This document shows, one piece after another, positions 29,158 through 39,335 of a stretch of DNA of 64,000 nucleotides. Numbering within the stretch: the stretch's first letter is position 1; every line of letters begins with the position of its first letter. The notes beneath the pieces were generated by a model. It saw only the letters and a program-made list of their open reading frames with translations. It had not been told where the DNA came from and ran no database searches. The stretch is from Acidobacteriaceae bacterium (lineage in GTDB: Bacteria > Acidobacteriota > Terriglobia > Terriglobales > Acidobacteriaceae), in NCBI GenBank assembly GCA_003171315.1, contig PMYE01000174.1, positions 7,367 to 71,366 on the forward strand, written 5' to 3'. Made by a program: the position numbers and the translations under genes.

Positions 29158-29322
29158 CTAGGAATCCTCCGGCAGATTTTCCGTTTCAGCCGTGTCTTCA
29201 ATTTCCATGTCGCGAAACTCTTCGGAGTCGAAGACTTCGCCGCACTCCAGGCACTCGACATACTCGGTGTCGTCGTGCCGGGAAACGATCCGGACCTTGG
29301 GGTGTCTGCAGGCGGTTGCCAT
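29158..29322 (-). CDS. small acidic-tailed protein with possible zinc-ribbon (hypothetical)
   Basis: 54 aa from the internal ATG at 29322: MATACRHPKVRIVSRHDDTEYVECLECGEVFDSEEFRDMEIEDTAETENLPEDS. It has C-x-H...C-x2-C followed by an acidic tail. Confidence 0.4.
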   Translation of the reverse strand: MATACRHPKVRIVSRHDDTEYVECLECGEVFDSEEFRDMEIEDTAETENLPEDS

Positions 29323-29567
29323 CGTTCTTTGAGCCTGTCGCTCCTCCGCCGATTCCAAAGCTGCTTTTCCCGCTCCGGATGGGTGGAGGACCGCCGCTCC
29401 CATGTGTCTGTTGCCACTTGAGAGTGCTGGCTTTCGGGTATGGCCGCTCGGGAATGGCTATAGGTGCTCTTCCCGCCAGATTGTAGCTGTCTTTTGGCCG
29501 ATTGCAAACCGAAATTTTGTTGAAACTTGCAGCCCAAAGGCAATGATTGGGGCCACAGGCCCGCGCT

Positions 29568-30053
29568 CTACTTCAGATCGCGCTTAATCACCTCGGCCAA
29601 AAAGCGCCCGGTATTTTTGGCCTTGACATCATCCGGGGGTACGCGCCCGCCATTGTTGAGCGGTAGCTTCCCGGTATTGAAATGCTTAATCATACTGTGG
29701 TCGCTGCGGCTCGATAGCGTGACGTCTGCAATGATGTAGGGCGGCATCATGACTCCGGTTTTGTAGTCGGTGATGTTGCACTCCAGCACGACCGCGTTGG
29801 CCGCATCGGGTTCGGAAATCGTGGCGCCATCCTCGACCACTGTCCCGAAGATGCCCGTCTTGGCCAATTCCTGGCGCAGATCGTCATAAGAATAGTTCAG
29901 ATATTCGGCCGACAGGGACACATTGTCGGCCTTGGTCAGGTGCTTTACTTCAACGACCGTGTATTTCGCTTGGGCGTTTCCCTTGGTTGCGGTCAGAACC
30001 GAGGCCGTGAGCAGCAGGGCGGACAGAATAAACCATGAAGCATAGCGTTTCAT
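29568..30053 (-). CDS. secreted hypothetical protein (signal peptide)
   Basis: MKRYASWFILSALLLTASVLTATKGNAQA signal peptide, 161 aa. G+C is somewhat lower than the neighbours. Family not recognised. Confidence 0.65.
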   Translation of the reverse strand: MKRYASWFILSALLLTASVLTATKGNAQAKYTVVEVKHLTKADNVSLSAEYLNYSYDDLRQELAKTGIFGTVVEDGATISEPDAANAVVLECNITDYKTGVMMPPYIIADVTLSSRSDHSMIKHFNTGKLPLNNGGRVPPDDVKAKNTGRFLAEVIKRDLK

Positions 30054-30299
30054 TACAATCTCCCGGTAGGCTCCTGATCCCCACGAAGTTTTGGATTTGG
30101 AGCCGGTTACGCAAGGTCAGACCTGCAACTTCGGACTGCAGCCGGCAAGCGCCAGATCCTTGCTGGTGGGCGGACGTAGGAACATTTTCGTTTCCGCGTT
30201 CCCGCAATCCTTCACGAAAGATAAGCCAGTTTAGTGATGAGAAGAGCTGTTCTGGTGTGACATTTGTCACGCCTGGGGGATGGCAATTCTGGCGAGAGC

Positions 30300-30329
30300 T
30301 TGAAAGCCCGACAGAATCGGTCGTATACT
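30300..30329 (+). promoter_or_regulatory. candidate sigma70-type promoter of the isc operon
   Basis: TTGAAA (30300-30305), an 18-nt spacer, then TATACT (30324-30329). This sits about 30 nt upstream of the iscR ATG at 30359. Confidence 0.35.
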
Positions 30330-30358
30330 AAATGCGGACCGAACAAGTCGCATATTGT

Positions 30359-30817
30359 ATGCTAAGGCTCACGAAGAAAGCGGATTACGGGCTCATGGCG
30401 CTGAAGTATCTTGCCGAGCACCCCGAGACCCCCGCACTCAGCGCCAAAGACGTCGCGGACGCCTATGGAATTCCCGCGCAACTGCTCGCCAAAATTCTGC
30501 AGCGGCTTACCAAGACGGGGTTGCTGCGCTCCCATGCCGGGATGAACGGCGGGTACGCCTTGGCCAGGGATCCGCGCCAGATTTCGGCCTTCGAGGTCAT
30601 CCGCGCCATCGACGGGCCGCTGTTCATCACCTCCTGCACCAAGGGCACGAAGGCCTGCGAACTTACGCCAAGCTGCACCATTAAAGAACCGCTGGCGCGC
30701 GTCAATGAAACCATCGCCGGAGTCCTGAAAAGTATCAGTATCCAGGATCTGGCGGAGCAGGAACATGCCGCGGGAAAGGCGCGCGAGGCGCATGGACTGG
30801 TGGCCTTAACGCCGTAG
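30359..30817 (+). CDS. iscR: Rrf2 family transcriptional regulator (IscR-like)
   Basis: MLRLTKKADYGLMALKYLA winged-helix start typical of Rrf2. The Cys cluster CTKGTKACELTPSC could ligate Fe-S. It is the first gene of the isc operon. Confidence 0.88.
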   Translation: MLRLTKKADYGLMALKYLAEHPETPALSAKDVADAYGIPAQLLAKILQRLTKTGLLRSHAGMNGGYALARDPRQISAFEVIRAIDGPLFITSCTKGTKACELTPSCTIKEPLARVNETIAGVLKSISIQDLAEQEHAAGKAREAHGLVALTP

Positions 30818-30886
30818 CAAGCGGAACTCGCGTGGTGAACGGAGCTAGCGGCGCCGGCAAATCGCGCTCGCTCCGCTATTAGAACG

Positions 30887-32152
30887 ATGGAGACGGGAAT
30901 GAACGAGGTTGCGAGCCAAGTCGAAGCGCCGGCAGGCGTAAACCTGCCCATTTACATGGACAACCAGGCCACCAGCCCGCTGGATCCCAGAGTGCTGGAG
31001 GCCATGATGCCTTACTTGACCAGCAAGTTCGGCAACGCGGCCAGCCGCAACCACTCCTTTGGATGGGAAGCCGAGAAAGCCGTAGACACAGCTCGCGAAC
31101 AGGTGGCAAAGCTCATCGGCGCTACGGCCAAGGAGATCGTCTTCACCTCCGGCGCCACCGAGAGCGACAACCTGGCCATCAAGGGCATTGCGGAGATGTA
31201 CCGCGAGCGCGGCAACCACATCGTCACCCAGGTCACGGAGCACAAGGCGGTCCTCGACACCTGCAAGCGCCTGGAAAAGTACGGCTATCGCGTCACCTAT
31301 CTGCCCGTCAAGGCCGACGGGGTGATCGATCTCGAAGACCTGAAGCGCGCCATTGACGAAAAAACGATCCTGGTGACCATCATGGCCGCCAACAACGAGA
31401 TCGGCGTGCTGCAGCCCATACGCGAAATCGGCTGGCTCTGCCATGAAAAGGGCGTGCTCTTCCACTCCGATGCGGTGCAGGCCATTGGCAAGGCGCCGTT
31501 CCACGTGATCGACGACTACGTGGACGTGGCCTCGATCTCCGCACACAAGATTTACGGCCCCAAGGGTGTAGGCGCTCTTTACGTGCGCCGCCGCAACCCC
31601 CGCGTGCAAATCGCCGCGCAGATCGACGGCGGCGGCCACGAGCGCGGCATGAGGTCGGGCACCTTGAACGTCCCCGGCATCGTTGGATTGGGCAAAGCCT
31701 GCGAGATTGCTCTGGCTGAAATGGACACAGAAGCCGCCTATCTGCGCGGGCTGCGCGACCGGCTCGAGGCCAGGATCGAAGCGGATCTCGATTTTGTTCA
31801 TGTGAACGGATCGATGGAACACCGCCTGCCAGGCAACCTGAATATGAGCTTTCTGTACGTGGAAGGCGAGTCGCTGCTGATGGGCATCAACGACGTCGCG
31901 GTCTCGAGCGGCTCGGCCTGCACGTCGGCCACGCTTGAGCCCTCGTACGTGCTGAAAGCGTTGGGTCTTGGCGACGACGTGGCTCATAGCAGCATTCGCT
32001 TTGGCCTGGGCCGATTCAACACTGAGGCCGAAGTGGACTACGTGGCCGCCAGGGTCGTCAGCATTGTCAGGCATCTCCGCGAGCTGTCGCCGCTCTACGA
32101 GATGGTGAAGGAAGGCATCGATTTGACCAAGGTCGAGTGGCAGGCGCATTGA
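30887..32152 (+). CDS. iscS: cysteine desulfurase IscS/NifS type
   Basis: PLP-lysine motif [10 protein letters not shown] and catalytic loop SSGSACTS. Confidence 0.95.
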   Translation: METGMNEVASQVEAPAGVNLPIYMDNQATSPLDPRVLEAMMPYLTSKFGNAASRNHSFGWEAEKAVDTAREQVAKLIGATAKEIVFTSGATESDNLAIKGIAEMYRERGNHIVTQVTEHKAVLDTCKRLEKYGYRVTYLPVKADGVIDLEDLKRAIDEKTILVTIMAANNEIGVLQPIREIGWLCHEKGVLFHSDAVQAIGKAPFHVIDDYVDVASISAHKIYGPKGVGALYVRRRNPRVQIAAQIDGGGHERGMRSGTLNVPGIVGLGKACEIALAEMDTEAAYLRGLRDRLEARIEADLDFVHVNGSMEHRLPGNLNMSFLYVEGESLLMGINDVAVSSGSACTSATLEPSYVLKALGLGDDVAHSSIRFGLGRFNTEAEVDYVAARVVSIVRHLRELSPLYEMVKEGIDLTKVEWQAH

Positions 32153-32169
32153 GGCTGATAAAGCGGGCT

Positions 32170-32412
32170 ATGAAGAAAGACACAAAATTACGGCTGGCGC
32201 GATGGATCGCGATTCCGGCGATCATCCTTGGCCTGCGCTTCATCGGCGGAGGCCGGGTCTGGGAGTACATGGTCGATCGTGTTTGGCTAACGGCCATGCT
32301 GCCTCTCGTGGTGCTGTTTTTGGTGCTGTTCGTTCGGGGAACGATGGTTCAGCGCCGGCGGCGGCTCGGCGAGAGCGCGAATGTTGGCGGCGTGCAAGGC
32401 GCGAAGCCTTGA
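32170..32412 (+). CDS. small 2-TM membrane protein between iscS and iscU (hypothetical)
   Basis: 80 aa: MKKDTKLRLARWIAIPAIILGLRFIGGG...WLTAMLPLVVLFLVLFV, followed by a basic tail. The RBS is weak and the start is uncertain (the track starts at 32137). Confidence 0.4.
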   Translation: MKKDTKLRLARWIAIPAIILGLRFIGGGRVWEYMVDRVWLTAMLPLVVLFLVLFVRGTMVQRRRRLGESANVGGVQGAKP

Positions 32413-32489
32413 TGGGATGCATCGGCGGGTTCGCCTGCCGAATCCAATGAATGGGAACGCGAGTACGGCGGGAGGAAACACGGAGAACG

Positions 32490-32906
32490 ATGGCTTACAG
32501 CGATAAGGTAGTGGACCACTACAACCACCCGCGGAATGTGGGCACGCTCGACAAAAACGCGGCCGAAGTCGGCACGGGTTTGGTGGGCGCGCCGGAGTGC
32601 GGCGACGTGATGCGCCTGCAAATCCGCGTAAACCCCGAGACGCAAGTGATCGAAGAGGCCAAATTCAAGACCTTTGGCTGCGGCTCGGCCATCGCCAGCT
32701 CCTCGCTGGCCACCGAGTGGATCAGAGGCCGCACCGTGGATGACGCGCTGGCCATCAGGAATACCGACATCGTGAAAGAGCTTTCGCTGCCGCCCGTGAA
32801 GATTCACTGCTCCGTGCTTGCCGAGGACGCGATTCGCGCGGCCATCGGCGACTGGAGAAAGAAGAACGGTGTCGCGGACGCTGCGCCGGGATCGGCCGCA
32901 AAGTAA
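32490..32906 (+). CDS. iscU: Fe-S cluster assembly scaffold IscU
   Basis: MAYSDKVVDHYNHPRNVG start and three cluster cysteines (GAPECGD, FGCGSAIASSS, IHCSVLAEDA). RBS GGAGGAAACACGGAG lies upstream. Confidence 0.95.
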   Translation: MAYSDKVVDHYNHPRNVGTLDKNAAEVGTGLVGAPECGDVMRLQIRVNPETQVIEEAKFKTFGCGSAIASSSLATEWIRGRTVDDALAIRNTDIVKELSLPPVKIHCSVLAEDAIRAAIGDWRKKNGVADAAPGSAAK

Positions 32907-32939
32907 GTTCGCGAACAGGACGGAGGAAAGTCAGGAATT

Positions 32940-33362
32940 ATGGCGAATTTCGTCACCATTGGAACCAAGCCCTCCGAGGGGGCATCTGCGGCAGAGTCGC
33001 AGCCTGCTGTACCGCAGGCTTCTCCCGTGGAGGGCCTGCATTTAACCGCGAACGCCATCCAGCGCGTCCGCGTAGCCCTGGCCAAGGAAGGCATTTCGCC
33101 TCAGGAGGGCGGCTTGCGGTTGGGCGTAAAGGGCGGCGGCTGCTCCGGGCTCTCCTACTCCATCGGCTTCGATACGCATCCTCGCGATCGCGATCGCATA
33201 TTTGAATTCGAAGGCGTGCGCGTCTTCGTCGATCCCAAAAGTTTTGTCTATCTGCACGGCATGACGCTGGACTACGAAGAGACGCTGATGCGCCAGGGAT
33301 TCAACTTCGTCAATCCAAATTCCACGCGCTCCTGCGGCTGCGGTACGTCGTTTTCCGTCTAG
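32940..33362 (+). CDS. iscA: Fe-S cluster insertion protein, HesB/IscA family
   Basis: GGGCSGLSYS and C-terminal SCGCGTSF motifs. Confidence 0.9.
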   Translation: MANFVTIGTKPSEGASAAESQPAVPQASPVEGLHLTANAIQRVRVALAKEGISPQEGGLRLGVKGGGCSGLSYSIGFDTHPRDRDRIFEFEGVRVFVDPKSFVYLHGMTLDYEETLMRQGFNFVNPNSTRSCGCGTSFSV

Positions 33363-33386
33363 AGTGCCGCGCGTAAGGCCCGTCTC

Positions 33387-34115
33387 ATGTTGAAAGTTGT
33401 CGATACCGCGGTTCCGCTTGCCTGCTGGTCCTGTTCCGTCGCCCACAACGAATCCACGCTCTTCTGCCCGCATTGCAGCAAGATTCAGCCTCCTTCCGGT
33501 GGAGATTATTTCTCTGTCTTTGGGCTGCAGCCAAACCTGAATCTCGATCTGGCGGCTCTCGAGCGAGAATTCCATCGTCTCAGCCGCAAATTGCATCCTG
33601 ACCGCTTCGCCCGCGCCGGCGAAAGCGAAAAGCAATGGAGCTTGGCCGACACGGCGCTGCTCAACGACGCTTATCGCACGCTCAAAGATCCGCTGCGCCG
33701 CACCGAGTACCTGCTTAAGCTGCAAGGCGCGGAGATTGGCGAATCCTCCGCGGCGGGCGCCGGGCCTGCCCGCGGTGGCGAGGGGAAAGGCGGGAATCGC
33801 AAAGATCCTTCTCGCGTGCCCGCCGATCTACTGGAAAAAGTCTTCGACTTGAACATGCAGATCGAAGAGATGCGCATGGCGAAGAAGATGGGCCGGGAAG
33901 ATCCGGAGCTGAGGGAGAGCCTGGGCAAGGCCAAGGAAAAATTCGACGCCCTGGTGGCTGCAGTGGACCGCGATCTGCGCGCGCAGTGGCAGGTTTGGGA
34001 TGCAGGCGATGCCGCGGCGCGCGAGCCCGCGCTTCGCGCCATGGCCGCGCTGCTCGATCGCCGGCGCTACCTCGGCAATGTGGTCCGCGACGTAAGCGAG
34101 ATTCTGGGAGTTTAG
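33387..34115 (+). CDS. hscB: Fe-S co-chaperone HscB with N-terminal tetracysteine zinc finger
   Basis: J-domain (DYFSVFGL...LHPDRF) preceded by CWSC-x12-CPHC. It lies between iscA and hscA. Confidence 0.9.
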   Translation: MLKVVDTAVPLACWSCSVAHNESTLFCPHCSKIQPPSGGDYFSVFGLQPNLNLDLAALEREFHRLSRKLHPDRFARAGESEKQWSLADTALLNDAYRTLKDPLRRTEYLLKLQGAEIGESSAAGAGPARGGEGKGGNRKDPSRVPADLLEKVFDLNMQIEEMRMAKKMGREDPELRESLGKAKEKFDALVAAVDRDLRAQWQVWDAGDAAAREPALRAMAALLDRRRYLGNVVRDVSEILGV

Positions 34116-34124
34116 GCAGCAGAC

Positions 34125-36065
34125 ATGGCGGAAAGTCGCATCGTCGGCATCGATCTGGGAACCACGAATTCGCTTGTCGCCTACATGCAAGGCGGCAAGC
34201 CGGTAGTCATTCCGGGTGTGGACGGCTCGAATCTTGTGCCCTCCGTCGTCGCGCTCGATCCCATCTCGGCCAATGGCGGACGGCCCACCGTCACCGTGGG
34301 CAACAGCGCGCGCAAGGCGCTCATCGAGACCCCGGAGCGCGTCATCTACTCTGTGAAACGCCTGATGGGCCGTGGCCTCGAAGAGGTCCGGAAGGAGCTC
34401 AAGTATTTCCCCTTCCGGCTGGCCGGCGGCGTGGAAGAGAGCGAGGTCCCGCGCATTCAGCTCGGCGAACTGCGCTTCACCCCGCCTGAAATCTCGGCCT
34501 ACATCCTGCGCCAGTTGAAGCGCAACGCCGAGCGCTTCTTCGGCGCGCCGGTCAAGCAGGCCGTCATCACCGTCCCGGCCTACTTCAACGATGCGCAGCG
34601 CCAGGCCACGAAAGACGCGGGCCGCATGGCCGGGCTCGACGTGTTGCGGCTGGTGAACGAGCCCACCGCGGCGGCGCTGGCCTATGGACTCGACCGCGCC
34701 AGGGAAGGCACCATCGCCGTTTACGACCTCGGCGGAGGCACCTTCGACATCTCCATTCTCAAATTGCGCGACGGCATCTTCGAGGTGCAGTCCACCAACG
34801 GCGATACGCATCTGGGCGGTGACGACATCGACAATCTGTTGCTGGCCATCGCCCTCGACGAGATTCACGCCGAGCACGGCGTCGATCTGCGTGCCCATCC
34901 CGGCGCGGTGCAGGCCCTGCGCAAGGCCGCCATCGACGCCAAGATTCGCCTGTCCTCCGAATCGGCAGCGCACTTCGATATTGAACTGCCCAACGGCGAT
35001 CGCTATCAGCGCGAGATTCCCCGCGGGGTCTTTGAGCTGCTGATCGAGCCGGTCCTGGCGCGCACGGCAGGCCCGTGCAAGCAGGCCATGGCCGACGCCG
35101 GCATCGCGCCGGAGCAGATCGACGAAGTGGTTCTGGTGGGCGGATCGACCAGAATCCCCGCCGTGCGCGCGCTGGTTGACGATCTTTTTCGCCTGAGCGC
35201 GCGCGGCAAAAAGCCGCACATCGAGCTCAACCCCGATGAAGTGGTCGCGCTGGGCGCTGCCGTACAGGCCGACATCCTTGCCGGCGCTTCGCAGGCCACC
35301 GGGGAACTACTGCTGCTGGATGTGACGCCGCTCTCGCTTGGCATCGAGCAACTCGGCGGGACCGTGGCGCGCATCATCCAGCGCAACTCCACCATTCCCG
35401 CCTCGGCCACCGAGCACTTCACCACCGGCGTCGACGGCCAGACCAACGTGGCCATCCACGTGGTGCAGGGCGAGCGCGAGCTCGCCGCCGACTGCCGCTC
35501 GCTGGCGCGCTTCGACCTCAAGGGCATTCCGCTCATGAGCGCCGGCCTGCCGCGCATCGAGGTCAAGTTTCTCATCGACGCCGACGGCATCCTGCACGTC
35601 TCCGCGCACGAGCAGCGCAGCGGAAAAGCCGCGCGGATTGAGGTGAAACCCACTTACGGTCTCACCGACGAACAAGTGGAGAACATGATTCTGGACTCCT
35701 TCGACCACGCCGAGGAGGATTTTGCCAGCCGCCTGCTCATCGAGGCGCGTAACGAGGCGGATTCGATCCTCGCCGCCGTCAGCCGCGCTCCGCAAAACCC
35801 CGCGTGGAACGAGTTGAGCGCGGAGGAACAGGCGGCCATCGCCGTGGCGCGCGACCGGCTCCTCGCGGTCAAGCAGGGCAACAATCTGGCCGCGATCAGC
35901 CAGGCCATTGTCGCGCTCGATCAAGCCACACACCGCTTTGCCGAACTGATGATGGATGCGGCGGTTGCAAGCGCCATTCGCGGCAAAACCATGAGCGAGG
36001 CTGGCAAAGAACTGAACGAAGCCGTCACCGCGCCCCACGCCATGGCGCCGGCGGAGTTCAAATAA
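34125..36065 (+). CDS. hscA: Fe-S protein assembly chaperone HscA (Hsp70 family)
   Basis: [11 protein letters not shown] and DLGGGTFD Hsp70 motifs, 646 aa. Confidence 0.95.
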   Translation: MAESRIVGIDLGTTNSLVAYMQGGKPVVIPGVDGSNLVPSVVALDPISANGGRPTVTVGNSARKALIETPERVIYSVKRLMGRGLEEVRKELKYFPFRLAGGVEESEVPRIQLGELRFTPPEISAYILRQLKRNAERFFGAPVKQAVITVPAYFNDAQRQATKDAGRMAGLDVLRLVNEPTAAALAYGLDRAREGTIAVYDLGGGTFDISILKLRDGIFEVQSTNGDTHLGGDDIDNLLLAIALDEIHAEHGVDLRAHPGAVQALRKAAIDAKIRLSSESAAHFDIELPNGDRYQREIPRGVFELLIEPVLARTAGPCKQAMADAGIAPEQIDEVVLVGGSTRIPAVRALVDDLFRLSARGKKPHIELNPDEVVALGAAVQADILAGASQATGELLLLDVTPLSLGIEQLGGTVARIIQRNSTIPASATEHFTTGVDGQTNVAIHVVQGERELAADCRSLARFDLKGIPLMSAGLPRIEVKFLIDADGILHVSAHEQRSGKAARIEVKPTYGLTDEQVENMILDSFDHAEEDFASRLLIEARNEADSILAAVSRAPQNPAWNELSAEEQAAIAVARDRLLAVKQGNNLAAISQAIVALDQATHRFAELMMDAAVASAIRGKTMSEAGKELNEAVTAPHAMAPAEFK

Positions 36066-36079
36066 CAGCGGAGTTAGCG

Positions 36080-36541
36080 ATGCCAGCGGAGTTAGCGGAG
36101 CTAGCCGGCGAAAGCACGAGAACGATGTGTGAGACAGCCAAGAACGAGATTCCGCCGGACAAGCTGGTTCGTGTCACCTTCCTCCCTGAAGGCCGCACGG
36201 TTGAGTTTGAGTTCGGCACGATGCCTTACGATCGCCACGGCAAGCCCATGTCGTTTCTCGACGTGGCGGAGAATTTCGGTATCTTTCTCGACCACGCCTG
36301 CGGCGGGTCCTGTGCCTGCACCACCTGCCATCTGTGGATCAAGGAAGGCACTGCGGGCATCAGTGAAGCGGAAGATGACGAACTCGACCGCCTCGACATG
36401 GCCGCCGATCGGCAGTTGAACTCGCGCCTGGGCTGCCAGGCCGTCATCGCGCGCCCCGGCAATTACGTCGTCGAGATTCCCAGTTGGAATCGCAACTTCG
36501 TCTCCGAGGGCAAGCCGCCGGCGCTTGCCGAGCAGAAATAA
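36080..36541 (+). CDS. fdx: ISC-type [2Fe-2S] ferredoxin
   Basis: CGGSCACTTCH...SRLGCQ adrenodoxin-type cluster motif. Start taken at the ATG at 36080. The longer track ORF overlaps hscA in another frame. There is a short N-terminal extension; an alternative start is 36125. Confidence 0.88.
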   Translation: MPAELAELAGESTRTMCETAKNEIPPDKLVRVTFLPEGRTVEFEFGTMPYDRHGKPMSFLDVAENFGIFLDHACGGSCACTTCHLWIKEGTAGISEAEDDELDRLDMAADRQLNSRLGCQAVIARPGNYVVEIPSWNRNFVSEGKPPALAEQK

Positions 36542-36551
36542 GGAGCGCCCC

Positions 36552-36770
36552 GTGCAGAAAGAACTCTACTGGACCGACGCCGAAGAAATCGGCATGCAAT
36601 TGGCGGAGAAATTCCCCGGCCTCGATCCACTCACCGTCCGCTTCACCGACCTGCACCGCTATGTGACCGAGCTTGAAGGCTTCGCCGACGACCGGAAAAT
36701 GTCCAACGAGCCGCGCCTTGAGGCCATCCAGATGGCCTGGCTCGAAGAGTTCCAGGACGCGCAGAATTAA
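36552..36770 (+). CDS. iscX: Fe-S assembly protein IscX
   Basis: LYWTDAEEIGMQLAEKFPGLDPLTVRFTDLHRYV is typical of IscX/YfhJ. The GTG at 36552 is preceded by AAGGAG. Confidence 0.85.
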   Translation: MQKELYWTDAEEIGMQLAEKFPGLDPLTVRFTDLHRYVTELEGFADDRKMSNEPRLEAIQMAWLEEFQDAQN

Positions 36771-36893
36771 CCAGACGTAGCAAAGAGCTCGGCGGTTGCG
36801 GAGCGGGCGCCGCCGGTTGCAGGCAATTCCACGCCGCCGGGCCACGCATCTTCTCGAAAGCGGCGCACATGCGTCCCGCGCTAAAATCCGAAT

Positions 36894-38369
<1,476 letters not shown>

Positions 38370-38449
38370 GGCTCAAGGCGCGCGCTCCGCTGTCTCGTCT
38401 CACCCCGCCGCGTTGCAAATCTTGCCCACGAAACGCAATCTGCGACTGC

Positions 38450-38827
38450 CTACTTAAGCTTCAGATCCGAGATGAAGTCCTTGCGCGCATCCCACGAGCT
38501 TACGGTCTTTACCGCGCTCTTCTTGCCGTCTTTCTCGGCCCATAGGTCGAAGTCTATGCTCATATCGATCTGGGCGAAGTGAAAGTGGCCGTCGGCCGTT
38601 GAATCATAACTGCGGATGGCCTTCGTCTTCTCGTTCTTCAGGTAGACGGTAGCGCCGGCGACCGGCTTGGAACTCTCATCCAGCACGGTGCCGGAAACTG
38701 TGCGCATGCCGATGTTCTGGCTCCACGCGGCGGCCGGCGCAAACAGCGCGCAACGCGAATGCGATGGAACCACTCCCAAGGCCAGTAGACTGCACACGGT
38801 TGCTGCCAGCCAGTTTGTCCGGCTCAT
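38450..38827 (-). CDS. secreted carboxypeptidase-regulatory-like (CarboxypepD_reg) domain protein
   Basis: Signal peptide, then VSGTVLDESSKPVAGATVYLKNEKT...DGHFHF, typical of the Ig-like CarboxypepD_reg fold. Confidence 0.75.
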   Translation of the reverse strand: MSRTNWLAATVCSLLALGVVPSHSRCALFAPAAAWSQNIGMRTVSGTVLDESSKPVAGATVYLKNEKTKAIRSYDSTADGHFHFAQIDMSIDFDLWAEKDGKKSAVKTVSSWDARKDFISDLKLK

Positions 38828-38829
38828 TC

Positions 38830-39021
38830 TTATCCCTCCTCGTCCTCTTCGTTGAGATCGTCTTCCTCTTCCAGGCCTTCTTCGACACGCGCCAGTTCCA
38901 GCGGCTCGACGCCGACTACCTCAAACTCCGCTCCACACTCTTCACAGGTGATTACATCGCCTTCTTCCACTTCGTCGACTTCAATGTCCAGTTCGCTTTC
39001 ACATTCAGGGCAGCTGGGCAT
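38830..39021 (-). CDS. LysW-like zinc-ribbon protein with acidic C-terminal tail
   Basis: 63 aa from the ATG at 39021, with RBS GAGGAGG 6 nt upstream: MPSCPECESELDIEVDEVEEGDVITCEECGAEFEVVGVEPLELARVEEGLEEEDDLNEEDEEG. The CPxC...CxxCGAEFEV layout matches LysW/amino-group carrier proteins. The stop lies 2 nt before the next gene. Confidence 0.7.
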   Translation of the reverse strand: MPSCPECESELDIEVDEVEEGDVITCEECGAEFEVVGVEPLELARVEEGLEEEDDLNEEDEEG

Positions 39022-39335
39022 GGCAGCCTCCTCACTTTCCAAACAGAATCGCATTGCGGGATGATAAGACCGATTTCCGCGGCCATCGCTAGTTTTAGTG
39101 AGCACCCGGCCTCAGGTCAAGAGGCCCGCGCCGCGCTCCGCCCATGCATGCTCTTTGCAGGGAACAGACCACCCTCTTCCTGAAACGCGGCCTATTCCCA
39201 CAGTGGCGTTGACGGCGCTGAGTTCCTGGTGCAAAGTGCTTTGCGTCTAGCCGTCCGGCTTCGCTCGCCGCTGCGTCGGCATCGCCCCAGACGCCATGAC
39301 ACGAGCGCGCTTGAGCATTTACCCTGTTGACTGCA

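Noticed and set aside
30845-32149. 434-aa minus-strand ORF
   Set aside because: It is antisense to iscS and shows shadow-ORF composition.
33828-35219. 463-aa minus-strand ORF (and 35307-36038)
   Set aside because: It is antisense to hscA. No recognisable domains.
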